Assembly (NCBI GenBank): GCA_030324005.1
Contig: JARDVH010000099.1
Location: 52,060,849-52,124,848, forward strand
Source of the DNA: Negaprion brevirostris
Taxonomy: Eukaryota
DNA: 64,000 nt
Direction: 5' to 3'
Shown: in pieces, positions 1-13,083 of the stretch
Numbering within the stretch: the stretch's first letter is position 1
How the letters are laid out: every line of letters starts with the position of its first letter
Position numbers and translations under genes: made by a program
Notes under the pieces: generated by a model
Database searches by the model: none
Told to the model about the DNA's origin: nothing
Seen by the model: only the letters and a program-made list of their open reading frames with translations

Positions 1-42
1 ATGTGTAAAAAGCCTTGGCATTTTCCTTAATCCTGCTGGCTT

Positions 43-622
43 TATAGAACCTTAGTTTGGCCACACTTGGAATATAGTGTTCAATTCTGGTCACCACACT
101 ACCAGAAGGATGTGGAGGCTTTGGAAGGGGTGCTGAGAAGATTTGCCAGGATGTTGCCTCGTACGGAGGGCATTAGCTACGAGGAGAGGGAGAAACTTGG
201 TTTGTTATCACTGGAATGACAGAGGTTGAGGGGCGACCTGATAGAAGTCTACAGGATTATGAGGGGCATGGATAGAATGAATAGTCAGAAGCTTTTTCCT
301 AGGGTGGAAGAGTCAATTACTAGGGGGCACAGGTTTAAGATGTGAGGGACAAGCTTTAGAGGAGATGTACGAGGCAAGATTTTTTTTTACACAGAGAGTG
401 GTGAGTGCCTGAAACTCGTTATTGGGGGAGGTAGTGGAAGCAGATACGATAGTGAATTTTAAGGGCCATCTGGACAAATACATGTATCGGATGGGAGTAG
501 AGGTATATGGTCCCTGGAAGGGTAGGGGGTTTTAGTTCAGTCGGGCAGCATGGTTGGTGCAGGCTTGAAGGGCTGAAGGGCCTGTTCCTGTGCTGTAATT
601 TTCTTTGCTGTCTTTGTTTTTT
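43..622 (+). mobile_element. CR1-clade LINE, 5'-truncated 3' end
   Basis: Decayed ORF2 C-terminus (..PHLEYSVQFWSPHYQKD..RLRGDLIEVY..TRGHRFK..FFTQRVV) with stops, followed by the tail GAAGGGCCTGTTCCTGTGCTGTAATTTTCTTTG. Confidence 0.92.
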
Positions 623-677
623 TGAGAGTAAAAGAGATAATTAGAGCGCGTGTTGGGGACAGCTCACAAGAAGTTTT

Positions 678-944
678 AAGTTTATATATTAGTGTCACAA
701 GTGGGCATACATTACTTCAATGAAGTTACTGTGAAAATAGCCAAGTCACCACATTCTGGTGCCTGTTCAGGTACACTGAGGGAGAATTTAGCATGGCCAA
801 TGTATTTAACCAGCACATCTTTTGGATTGTGGGAGGAAACCCATGCAAACACAGAGAATGGGCAGACTCCGCGTAGACAGTGATCGAACCAGGGTCTCTG
901 GTGCTGTGAGGCAGCAGTGCTAACCACTACGCCACCATGCTGCC
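678..944 (-). mobile_element. tRNA-derived V-SINE (HE1-like), variant with TGTGACACTAATAAA-type tail
   Basis: Reverse complement has the head GGTGGCGTAGTGGTTAGCACTGCTGCCTCACAGC, a B-box-like GGTTCGAT, the core TGGGTTTCCTCCCACAATCCAAAAGATG and the tail CACAGTAACTTCATTG..CTTGTGACACTAAT. Confidence 0.9.
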
Positions 945-1964
945 ACACTCCAGCGTCATGAGAACGTAGGCAACTGACAGCGTAGCTCACCATGAGCCAC
1001 TCAGCCACTCAGGAACTTTCAATTCAGCTCAATGATATCATAAGAACAAAGGCTCCAATATTGCGTCTACAATCCTACATATGGGAACCACTTTTAATTA
1101 GCTGAACTACAGTTTTAAAATCTGAAAACAGAAAACCAGTATTAGCAAAAGTTCACCAATTGAGTGAAAGCTTCCATCATTAAATGACTTGGCCGGCATG
1201 TGATTCCAAGCATATACCAACATAGTTGACTTAACTGCCGTCTAAGACAGCCTAAACAGTCATTCAGTTCATCTGTGGGACCACGGGGGAAGACAATAAA
1301 TGTATCCAATGATCCAGAAAATAAATGGTTGACAGTCAACAAGAGAAATGTACCTTGGACTCAATCTTCAAATGTACCTGCAGACATAGTCTGCTTGCTA
1401 AAAATCACATGAGAGGCTGCTAATCTTTGGGTTGTAGGAAATTGTTTGCAATAATATAAAAATTCTCAGTGCACAACCAGTCTTAAAGGGGGAAAGCTGT
1501 GGGGTCAGGGGCTGTAGTACTGCAATCCTCTGCCAGCTTCTGAATGGGTCCCACCCAGCGCACCTCCTCCTTTTATCATAGACTTCCAGCTCAACCAGTC
1601 CACGGAACAGCCTAACTTCCATTCCCTGGTTTGATGAGGAGCTGTTGGCTCATTAAGCGGTTGGCAGCTCCCCCAAATTACGACTGAAGACCCCCCAAGC
1701 CTAAGATTGGTTTCAGCCTTCTGTACCAATTTAGGCAGGTGGTGCAGTCACTCTTGCCAAACCCATACCAACTGTGGATGAGAGCTGATCCCATCATTTC
1801 ATCTGAAAGTCATGCCACCGGTCGATTAAATTATTCTTCCTTTTTCACTCAAGATATACAAAATGCCCAATGTTTGGGCATAGAAATCACTGACTTTGCC
1901 TTCCACACAGATTTTCACAAGCAGTTCAATTGTCTTCAACAAAGAAAAATGAAACAAGACAGAA

Positions 1965-2196
1965 CAACTGGTATCGCTCTGGGCACTGGAGAAGACAAGT
2001 GCAAAACAAGCAGCCCTGTCGACCCTGCACGTGCTTCCTTCCCTGACATCTGGGGGCTAATGCCAAAATTGGGGGAGCTGTCTTCCCACCTAACAGCGGG
2101 TCAACCCATAGCATGCGTTTCAAAAAGGCAGCTCACCACCACCTTCTTGAGGGCAAATCGGGATGGGCAATAAATGCTGGCCAGCCAGCGACGCCA
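1965..2196 (+). mobile_element. Internally deleted L2/CR1-group non-LTR element (5' segment fused to 3' tail)
   Basis: CAGCCCTGTCGACCCTGCA..ACATCTGGGGGCT..GCCAAAATTGGG..GAGCTGTC is followed almost directly by the tail GCAGCTCACCACCACCTTCT..GGGCAA..GGGATGGGCAATAAATGCTGGCC..GCCAGCGACGCC. Both are recognised shark repeat segments. Confidence 0.65.
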
Positions 2197-2583
2197 ATTT
2201 GCCACAGATTTGATTCTGTTCAACAGCGTGAGGGTTAATAATTTTCAACATGCATGAAGAGATTCAATTAATACAAATGAAGAGTGCAATTATTTCAATT
2301 TATACCACTGATTAATTGGGAAACACAATGAATATCAATAGAATAAACAAACATGACAGCCAAACCTTTAATCAAGTGAATGATCATTAGTCAATTAAAT
2401 TTGTAATCGATTAATATATATAGTCAGTTGATCACCTCGTTTCACCCCAATAAACAACAAGGCTGTTTCTGGTTTCAGCCAAAGGGGAATTTTAGTTCCA
2501 TTTTGCCAGACAAATGACCACCAAAACCCTCATTTATATAACATTTCACTGCAGAAGTTATTTTTGGCTTTTTCGAAACTACA

Positions 2584-2859
2584 TGGTCTGAATTTCTTCA
2601 CGTATTCAATCTGACCGTAATTTTACAAACTCTTATAGACACATTCACAGACCTTCCGCTGTATTTCTCCCTGTTACAAACAATCTCACGCGGCAAAATT
2701 CAGCCAAAACCATGGGTGGGATTCTCCGGCACCCCCGTCACCTCATCCCAAGACTGGAAATTCCCACCTAAGCTCAATGGACGTTTGAATGGTCTGCCCA
2801 ACTTTCTGTCTCGCCTGCTACGAATTGCGCGGCGGATGAGACGGGAGAATTTCAGACCA
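2584..2859. mobile_element. Two adjacent MITEs (~2584-2705 and ~2714-2859)
   Basis: Termini GGTCTGAATTT...AAAATTCAGCC and GGGTGGGATTCTCC...GGAGAATTTCAGACC. The outer ends CATGGTCTGAA / TTCAGACCATG are perfect inverted repeats. Confidence 0.65.
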
Positions 2860-2969
2860 TGACTTTTATTTGGCCACAGAATTGGTTTCACCAAAGCAAC
2901 TGGCCACAACAAGATGGAGAATACCAAATTGGTAATACTGTCACAGGTACTCACTTACACAAGATAGCA

Positions 2970-3420
2970 AAAATTTTGCGTGGAACTTCAGGATCCATGA
3001 GTTTGAAAACAATGGAGAGGGTGGGTTTGATCCAAGTGAGGGAGGGTGCAGCATGGGAATGCCATCACCTCCCCAAGGCCCCCTAGGAAAGCTTGTTGGG
3101 TTTGCCAGCGGTTGATCAGGGGGAGCCCCTCAATCACTGGCATTCTGTGCCTGATCAAGAGACCTGCCGTAAGGGAGGGTCCTCTGCAAGATGCCAAATC
3201 CCTGCCACTGAGGTCAATCCCATTCCCCCTGCCCTGGCTGGCAACCTCTCCCCCGATCCCTATCCCACTCACATTCACCTATATCTTGGGACCCATGGCC
3301 ACCCACTTCTGAGTGTACTACTGGCCACCACTCCTGGTACTAGAGCAACTGGTTTCTAATTGGTGGGCAACTCTTAGGGAACACGTTTTTTTGCCCTACC
3401 AGGGACTGAATCAATTGGGA
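2970..3420. mobile_element. Degenerate non-autonomous DNA transposon (Harbinger-like), related to 28595-29340
   Basis: GC-rich block with C-rich tracts and motifs such as CCACTTCT..ACTACTGG..TAATTGG shared in reverse with the 28.6-29.3 kb element. Confidence 0.4.
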
Positions 3421-3514
3421 AGCTGGACACTGTCTAGTGAAGTGCCTGAATATCTTGAAATAATGTCCTTTCTGTCTCAGCTTTGCATTTGCTCTCCCCT
3501 GATTCCGTATTGCA

Positions 3515-3980
3515 TTTAGGAGCACAAAATATAGGAGGAGGAGTATGCATTTGGTGCTTCGAGCCTGCTCTGCTATTCGATAACAGCATGGCTGATCTTC
3601 TTGTAATCTCAACTCTTCACTTTGCGGTTTGCCTCCCCACCCACCCCCCCCCCCAACCCCCGCCATAACCTAAACTCCCTTGTCTTTCAAAAATCTATCC
3701 AACCAAATCCTAAATTCATTGAACCAGCTTTCACTGTTCTTTGCGGGAAAGAGACCTGCATACTAATAACCCTTTGCGAGAAAAGATTTCTCCTTAACTC
3801 TGTCATGAAAGGGAGAACTCTTATTCTTAAAATGTTACCCCTAGTTCTCGTCTCTCTCACAAGGTGAAACAGTTTCAGTATCCACCCTGCCAAGTTCTCT
3901 CAGGATCTTCTATATTTTGATAAAGTCACTTCTCATTCTTCCAGTGGGTACAGGTCCAAACTATTCAACCTTTCTCCTAT
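3515..3980 (-). mobile_element. CR1-clade LINE 3' fragment
   Basis: Minus-strand peptide LFHLVRETRTRGNILRIRVLPFMTELRRNLFSQRVI..PQRTVKAGS is the CR1 ORF2 C-terminus. Tail region ATAGGAGGAGGAGTA..GAGCCTGCTCTGCTATTC..CATGGCTGATC. Confidence 0.85.
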
Positions 3981-4019
3981 GGTCCATCCAGCTTTGCACC
4001 AGTTTTGCTACTTAAATAT

Positions 4020-4214
4020 AGGTTGGATAGATTGGCCATGGCAAATTGCCCCTTAGTATCCCACTATTAGATTAGATGGATTAGCCATGTGAAATGTGTG
4101 AGGTTATGGGGATAGGATGGGGTAGAGGATGTGGGTAAGCTACTCTGTCAGACAGTCAGTGCAGACTCAGTGGGCCGAATGACCTCTTCGGCACTGCAAG
4201 GATTCTATTCTATG
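4020..4214 (+). mobile_element. HE1 SINE 3' half (CR1-type tail)
   Basis: GATTGGCCATGGCAAATTGCCCCTTAGT...GTGCAGACTCAGTGGGCCGAATGACCTCTTCGGCACTGCAAGGATTCTATTCTATG. Confidence 0.8.
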
Positions 4215-5675
4215 AATAATACATTCAAGTATAAATAAAAAATGGCCAGACTGCTCGACATTAAAATGGGGATGGGATTGTATCTGGGTGCCCCAATCCA
4301 ATTATGGCATTTCACATGGCTTGCCCATCCTGCCACTGCCCATCGCCACTGTGGGGGTATCACTTTCGGCAGGACCAGAAGATCCTGCCAGTGGGAAGGA
4401 TGGAAATCCCATCCATTATTTACAGACATATCAACCACAAAAGTTTCTAATTTTAATGCGCTGTAAATCTGATAAATAAGTTTTTGGTCTCATGGAGAAA
4501 ATGAGATGGTGATCAAAAGGATGATCAAAAATATTTTGAACCGTTATTTTGTTATTTTGCCAATTTATTCCTGATTATCATTCAAGATTGCTTATTTTCA
4601 TATTACTTTCGTGCTTTTAACTGAACATTTATCTATATCCTTTCTGCTACCCAATTGGAGAAAACATATTGAAGGAAAATTGCTTTATTTTCTTAACATT
4701 GGTAATCATCTGTGTAAAGTTGATTAAACATTGTAAATCTAGCTGAATATGGCATTGGCTTTTATCTCTCCAATAAAATTCATCCTTTTCTGAACATTCC
4801 CCTTGTGGTCGTTTACCTCTTTCTACTGCAAGAGCAAACTGAACAGAACTTGTATTTAATCTCACTTCACAGTAATACAGCAGAAGAACTGGCTGCAAAA
4901 GGGCAGATTAGGATAATGTGTTTACTGCTTTTCATTTAAGACAATGTGAAGCTTTCTTTCTAGTTGTCTGGCTAGAAGCTGACAAAATGCATCACACTTG
5001 AGGTTGGCAAGAGTCAAGTGTCAGGTGGCCCTTGGGCTCTAACCTGCAACCTCTGAATCCTTATCACTAGGCCACTCGGTTATTCTCAATACATCTTCCC
5101 CAATCAATACTTGCTAATTTTGTTCCAGCAAGACTGTCCTCTTAAAGTATGAACTCAAATTCTAACATTACCCATGTAGAAAATGCCATGTTTTCAATGA
5201 TTTCAACAACGGGTGGATGCATATTTAATGTGCGAGCTGCAACTTCTGTTTAACTTTTTGTTTTGGGGAGGGAGGAGAAGAAATGTTGAGTGTCTGTGTG
5301 GACACAGACACCATTAGATCTGAAGTGAATTGGATAAAGAGCTGTACAAAATGATTATCCAAAGCTTATTCTGCTGTCACTCTTCTGTTTAAATAGCACT
5401 TTTAGAATTAACATAGAAATAGCCTTTGGAATGTTAATCTTCCAGTATGATTCTTTATGAACTCAACACGGATTCAAAATGCTTCTTTTCATTACTTTTG
5501 TAGCATCTCGGGAAAAAACACATTAGTCAATATTTCTTTCCATGTCCGTACCGGGGTTTGCTAACCTTCACGAGCAATTATTTTCTATGCTAGCATGAAG
5601 CAAATGGAATTAGAACAGCGAAATTGTGCATTAGAAACAAAACCTAGCATGCACTGCCCGTCCTACTCAAAGCTG

Positions 5676-6068
5676 CGTCACAGTGGCACAGTGGTTAGCA
5701 CTGCTGCCTCACAGTGCCAGGGACCTGGATTCGATTTCCAGCTTGGGTCACTGTCTGTATGGAGACTGCATATTCTCCCCACGTCTGTGTGGATTTCCTC
5801 CATGTGCTCTAGTTTCCTTCCACAGTCCAAAGATGTGCAGGTCTGGCAGATTGGCCATGCTAAATTGCTCCTTACTGACAGGTGCACTAGCCAGGGTAAA
5901 TGCATGGGGATAGGGCCTGGGTGGGATTGTGCTCAGTTCACACTCGATAGGCCGAACGGCCTCTTTCTGCACTGTAGGGGTTCTATGATTCTGTGAATAG
6001 GGGATTTTCACAGTAACTTCACTGCAGTGTTTATGTAAGCTTACTTGTGACGTTAATAAATAAATAAA
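5676..6068 (+). mobile_element. Full-length HE1-like V-SINE carrying two successive tails
   Basis: Head CAGTGGCACAGTGGTTAGCACTGCTGCCTCACAG, B-box GGATTCGATTTCC, V core, a CR1-type tail ending TTCTATGATTCT (~5992), then a second tail GGGGATTTTCACAGTAACTTC..CTTGTGACGTTAATAAATAAATAAA. Confidence 0.9.
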
Positions 6069-9000
6069 CAAATTGGTATAAGGCAAGCTTGTGGATGAAT
6101 ACACTTGTAGAGTTTTCCTCTGGCCAGAATAACTGAGGTTTCAGCCAGGCAATTCGCCATGCATACTGGCTAGCTAAAATCCAAACAGTGGCTACTGATT
6201 TGATATTGGCAGTGGCAGTCTGATTACAGTATTAAAGAGGTATAACTGTTCGGGAGGCGATCGGTTGAGCAAAGTTTCTGGGGATAAAAATATCGACAGT
6301 ATAATCAGCACAGTGAGTTTGTTGTAACCTTTTGCAGAACTTAAATTGTGTGGTTTCAAAAGGAGAGAATTGGTTGCAACTGCTACTATTAGGAAGGAAG
6401 CCTGACCGCATAAGAAAGTTCTGCTTTTCCAACATGCCTTTTAAGAGCAAAAGAATTTGCATTCTCAGTTACTAATACGTTATTGACGTCACTGCAGATT
6501 GGTCCACTGATACATCGATTTAACATTACCAGTTTTTGAGTACAGACCAGTAAACTAATCTACCCATCTTTGGGTTAAAAAGTAGCAACCAGATACTGTA
6601 CAATATGTTAGACTACTGGAGAGGCGAACTTGGTATTTGCACTGAAACCAAAGTTTTGGCACTACACTCTTATTCATTACACACTACTGTTGTGATGTCA
6701 CTCAATATATCCTGTATCCACTGTGCACTACCACAATGACACCATCTGGTGTCTTTCTAGGATGGGTGACTGCAGAGGCAATGACACAAAATGCTATACT
6801 TAGTAGTCACCAAGTTTAACAATATGTCTGCCTGTGTTCCTGTCAGCTTATTTCCTGCTACTTATACCTCGCTCAGTGTAAACTTAACAGAGCTAACCCA
6901 CATTGCTCAGTTTATTTTCCAGAAAATTAACTCCAAACTAATTAATGATTTAATCAAATTGGATCAAATTAAAAATTGTAAATTATATTTCAAAAGCCTG
7001 AAAAAATTGACCATTTACAATGAACAAATATTGCTTTCAAACAGTAAAGAATGACCATGAAGTGCTTCTGATGATAATGAAAGCTGTCGAGCCCTCCTGC
7101 TTATCAAGGATTCACCAAAGAAAAAGTACACATTGTTAACATTAAATCCCTATAGGGGACCTGAAATAGCTTTCACTTAGCATTCCATTTTAATTGCTCG
7201 GCTGAAATAATTCCAATCTGTTTTTTTGGCGTGCCACTAATTAAAACTGCAAGATTACACAGAGAAAAATAAATACATCATCTCTGCTTGAAAATGAAAG
7301 TTTTCTTGAATGACAAATATTTTTAATCAGAGCCATATGCACAGGAGCTTGGAGGGCGAGCTTAATCTCAAAACCACTCCAGCAGCATAAAACAATTCAG
7401 TGAGTTATAATTAATGTCACAGTCATAACAGCAAGCTCAAGCCACTGTTTTTCTTTCTACTTAAGGAGAAATAACTAGCTGTTATCTCTGTGCCTGCAGA
7501 GCCTCCCCATTGTAGATTCAATAATACAAGAGGTTTCTTATCACCATTCGAGGTGAATGATTGTAACTGTGATATGTTTAGACAATGTGTTGTATTTAAC
7601 CCAATTTACAGGTGCCCCAGCTTGGCCACAGCAGTAAACACTGGGGACTAATAGGGAATTAAACATGTACAATAGACTAACTCCATTTACTCTCAAAACT
7701 GAAATGCATTTAGTAAACTCACTTAAAGAGACAGCAGCCTCCTTCAGGGCATGTGCTGTCATTTGTTATTTTCATCATGGGGGAGGGGGAAAATCTGCTT
7801 TTGGTTGCATTTATCTTATCTGGTGTGGTGACCAAGTTTGTCGCTACAGCACTCCACAGTTTTTTTTATTTTGACGCTCAAATCTGCCCATTAAAAAAAA
7901 GATAATGTTTCTTCATGCACGAGAGCTACTCTTCCTACTTTGTCCAAAGAGCAGGGGAGAAAATAAAAATCTGCGGCAACCTCACTTCCATCTCAACCTG
8001 CTCAGGAAATTCCTACGCCAAACATCAGTTAGCAAAGCAATAACTGCAAGACAAATCTAAAGTGTGAGATTCCCACTAGGCTTTGATTTTTCAGGGGTGT
8101 TAAACGCTGCCTACACGGGCCTTCAAAAAAAATGCGTTTTCTAATGCTGCAATATCACGGAAAAAAATATACTGCCAGCGGAATCAAAGGAGACGATTTA
8201 TGATTTCATTCCGATTGACGGCCGATTAAATTAAAACAGATCAGTGTTGCAATTCTTAGGCAGGTGGCTCTAGTCCGGTGACAGCCTCAGAACTATTAAA
8301 TTGGTGCAGAGATGGAAAGCCTTCCGCTTGCATTCACGCACTTACTGATCAAACTGTGACAAATGAGATGTTACTGCTCTTGTAAAGCAAGGCTACAATC
8401 TGTCAAACCTGAACATAATTTGTGACCCTCTGTGACATCTTTTTTTTCCCTTCTTAGTTTGAATATGGGAACAGTTGCAGAATTCCCCAATACACAGCGC
8501 GTCGGGAACACAATCTAGTGCGCTGACGTAAAAATGCTAACTTTGAGCCGCTGCACTATTCAATGATATTAATAATCTGACCAGGTTCGATACAATGGCG
8601 TTTATAAATTATTACGACTCCGTATCCTATTCTGAAATTTCTAATCACCAGTAATTCTAGTGGGACGTTCGCTAATTTCCATTAACAGCTGTCAGCTTGC
8701 CATGTTTTGAAATAGATTTGAGGCACCTTAACTCTGCTAAAAGCAGTTTTTATTTCCTTAACTTATTTCCCCTTTTTTCATGAAGTCAGGTTCCCATCTG
8801 GGTGATTCAGATGATATTACCTCAGCAGTACACAAAAAAAAAGAGCTGCTGGAGTAAGTGACTTCAAATTCTAATAGCTGGATTTATCATGGCAGCTAAA
8901 ATAACTGTACAAGAAGAAACATCTTTCCAGGTGCAGCTAGCATAGTTTGCATGATGGATAACCTAACATGTATAGAAAGGCTACTGGAATACTGTGTCCG

Positions 9001-12000
9001 TATTTGGCAAATGGTGCTGTAATGTGCACTAATCCAGTCTATCACGATGAACTTTTGAGCCAGCTTTTGAAATGCCCAGACATCAGGAGCTGTCATCAGT
9101 CTTTTGTTCTCCCCTTTATGCATTAAGAGCTCTGGTCAGTGCACTGAGAAGAAGCCTACACCCTGCTAACCTTGCCTATTAAAGGCAGGGTCTTAACAGC
9201 TGTCTAGAGTGCTAAGAGGTCACAAACACTGTTTGCTATGCCAACAACTACTACTCATCCCTGGTGAGCACGCATGAGACTCCTGGTCAGGCTGGTGTCA
9301 AAAGTGCATTGCAGGCATTTGCAGTTGTTAATGCTTTAAGAGGAAAGGAAGACTATGTTGTGCTAACAAGCTATTGTACGAAGCAATAAAGTATCGCATT
9401 TTCCTGCAGCCATCAAAATCTTATTAACTCATGACCCATTTGTCTGCTCTTCAGCTTTCTCACTGTTACACTTACTAATCCGAGCTTCTTAAAAGGTTAC
9501 TTGAGAAACTATGTGGGATATTTTGTGATTGATACCATGTAGAACTGTTGTGTAATAGCAAAACAATGTAAGGAGCAGAGTGTGTCTATAATTCTCTTGC
9601 CTTTGCATTTGCAGTCATACACAAATCTGTACGGGCAGGGAAATATTGAGTTATCTTGGTTAAAAAAAAATTCTGTCTGGATTGAATAGTAGGCATTACA
9701 AGTCAAAACCATTTTAATGAACAATTTATTCAGAGGCAATCAGAGTATTGACATCAAATTATCATACACTATGTTTAACCAGAGCCAATGTTAAGATTAC
9801 CATGCAGAGATCACCACATTCCACTTGTGTCTTGTGACAACATTTTGACACTCGGAATGCAGAACCAGGGGTCTTAGCCAGAGCTTCATTTGCTACTGGA
9901 AGGTTAATCTTATCTCCATACTTTAGCAATTCCCATATATAGCCCAAATTAGACATTTAAACAGCTTGTGGGGCTTAGGTGAATATTTTAGGCAGTGATA
10001 TGACTACTTTCCTTTCACAAATCAGTTAAAACTTTCTGAGAGGCTACATTATTCAAAGTGTGCATGGGTTTACTGTGCTCGTGTACATAAAGGGCATTGT
10101 TCAAAACACAAAAAAGGAAATAAACACCTGACTGTAAAGATGAAAGAGTTGTGACGGCTTGCATTTATTGATGGCTCAATTCTGGCATAATATTTATACA
10201 CTTAAACATTTCCTAGATTACATAATGGATTTTAAAATATCACCTAATATTGTATTTCAAGAAACAACACTACATAATTGAAGATCAAACCAAATTCATT
10301 ACTTTAACCTTTAACTTTTAACTAAATCTGCTGAAAAAAAATTAAGAATTGAAGGATGATGAGAGTTTGACTAATCTAACTACAAATTGGGAATCTTAAG
10401 GCTGCTTAGGACTTGCCTTCAATGCTGCTCTTGAATTTATTTTAGCATTGCAAATTAATTATCATGAAAGTGGTTTCTTAAAATGGTAAACATGCTGGAG
10501 GATTGATCCGTCAGTAGTATAAAAATCAGAATTATCATTTGGCTATTCAAATTCCTATGCATACGTTTTTAAATATGTTTCTAAAGATCCAGTCCAATTC
10601 ATCACTTTGCTTGTTTAAAGTTAACCTTGAAGTATTGTTTTTAAAGTTTTAGACTGTTGTTGGCTAACCACCTTCTGAAAGTGAAAGTTCTGCCTATGTG
10701 GAAATTATTAACATAAAGCCACAGCAGATGAAGAAAAAAATAAACTCTACACCTTTCCCAAATGTAAATGCCACCATCTTAAAACTAATCAAAATACCTA
10801 TAGCAACAGGATGAAAAATCTCTTAAGATGACCAAGGAATCAATAGAGATGTAATTCTGCGCCAAATTTACAGTGCTATTTTGCTTCGGTTCGTCATGGG
10901 CTTGTGAACCAGAGGCGACAAGCTACATAAATGTAAGCAAACAGAGTGGAATTCAAGAATGCTTTGTCCATCTGCCACTAAGCTACATTCGGCATCTAAG
11001 GAACTATTTTATCATCTGGTGAATGGATGGTGGCTCCGGCAATGATGAAGTTCATATAAAAATACACTAGCTGCCATATGTATTTTACTCTGATTAATAT
11101 AGGTGACTTTTTAAATGTTAGTAAATAAAAACTCGCGGCCAAAAAATCTAGCATTGATATTAATTGCATGATAAAATATGTTTGTTGGGCTCCTTTGGTT
11201 GTTAACCAACAATAAGATTCCAAAATCTTGCATCTAAATACCTGCAAATTTGGATGAATAGAATGCTTAATCTGCAAAAGATTTACTTCAGAAATTTAAG
11301 AACTTTAAAGCAATTGATCTATTTCAGTAAAAGAAGGAGATCAAGGCAATAGGTTCCAAACCTGTGCAAGCACAGAAGGCAAATGTTCAACTTACTTCAC
11401 ATTGGACACAAAATAATACAAATATCTTTCGGCAGGGAAATAGCGTGAGGGGATTAATTCTCCATTTCTGAATTCAAACGAGGAAGTTATTTTGGAAGAC
11501 AGCCAGTCAGGAGCGGCATTGTTTTAAATGCTACTTGTGGAGAGCGTGGTGCAGCTGGAAGTGACTCGTGTCCCTCGCTAGTTCCTCCCTGGAGACCTCT
11601 AAAGGGTACGAAAATATTCACCAACACTTACCCCTTAATTGTATTCAAGCTCCCAGAAGGCAACACTTGACAAAAATCACCATTAGCTCCTGACAGTACA
11701 ACATGTTCAGGAAATGCTTACCTGATCAATAGTAAATCTATGGGGACTTACTTTACAACTTTGGAATGGTTAAAAAAAATCTTCCTTTTGTCCAATATGA
11801 TAAAGTATGTAGTAGCATTTGTTTTTTTTCTCTCTTTTGCTTTTATCTACTAGAATTGCAAAAGGCCACCAGCTTGTCATTACACAAAGCTTCTGCTAAA
11901 TTAACAAGTAAATGTCAAAGAATGAGAACTAAAAAAATTCTCATATTAAATACTTATTTACATTTTGATTTTGGAGTTTCATAAATGCAGATGTGCTTTC

Positions 12001-12956
12001 CAACATAACTAACGAAAACAACAAATAGGTATACAAATAAGCAAATGGCAATGAACCCCATGTAGGTGAATAAGCTAAAACATTTGAGAAAGGACTTTCC
12101 TAAAAGATGAAGTAAAGGTTGACCGGAAATATTACATCAGTTACTTCTTCATCAATTTGTAATTGGAATGCCTCTATGTATTTTACTACGCAAATTGGTT
12201 TAGTCAGAAGCTATTCATGGCTGGTGCCTTTTTAAATTAAAATGAGGTTTTAGGGTCTCTGCTTCATTGAAATGTCTAAAGTATAGCCGAAATGTCATTT
12301 TAGTGAAATGGAGATTGTACCATGTTTGGTAATGCACAAGCACAATGAAAAAGTAATCAAATATAGATGTATAGTTTACAATAAGCTCAACTGAGAGTGG
12401 CATTCATTCTTTAAAGTATGTTACATGGGGCCACTACATTCGCTGCATTTTCAAATAAAACATCATTACTGCTCTGGTTCACTAATGTAGGTAACATCAT
12501 GCTCCAACTGACTGAAGCATAAAATATGGTCCAAAATTTAGAACTTGCCTTTCTACGATTGCAGACACAAGAGTCCTGATTTCAGCCAGGTGGATGGGTG
12601 GAGTACCAAAACCCACCACAGCTGGCATGATTTTAATTCCAAAGCNNNNNNNNNNGCCATATCTATGCGTCATTGGTCAGCCTCCGCCGTAATTGGATGA
12701 CATGTAGCAGCTGATCGATGAATGGGAGTGGAAATTTGGATGTCAAGAGGTCGCCAGCACTGAGGTAGGTTGTTGGGAAAGGGTTTTGGGAGGGTCCCGT
12801 GAGGGAGAAGTAGGGAAGCCCAGGGCAGCTTCTGCTGCTCCTAGACCTGCAACGGAAGTAAAATATATGGACTTAGGATAAGTCTGGATCTTCCCTCCTA
12901 CTAACTTCACTTGACGGGAAAGCCATAACTGCTTCCCCTTCGGGCTAGAGTTAAAG

Positions 12957-13083
12957 GTTTGAATTCTCTGGTCTCACACTCCCTGCCTTGAGAACGGACA
13001 ATTCGGCGCTCAGCCAAACCTCCATTCAGGGCAGCGGGACCGGAGAATCCCAGCCACGGGCGAGGTCAGAGAATGCCGACCCC
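12957..13083. mobile_element. MITE (Harbinger/Tourist-like)
   Basis: Termini GGTTGAATTCTCTG ... CAGAGAATGCCGACC; internal GCAGCGGGACCGGAGAATCCC is shared with the copy at 31647-31746. Confidence 0.65.

Noticed and set aside
5683-5745. tRNA-like A and B boxes here and in similar copies
   Set aside because: These are SINE heads followed by the V core, not tRNA genes.
11042-11093. C/D box snoRNA-like ATGATGA...CTGA
   Set aside because: Only ~52 nt, no terminal stem, and antisense to the host transcript.
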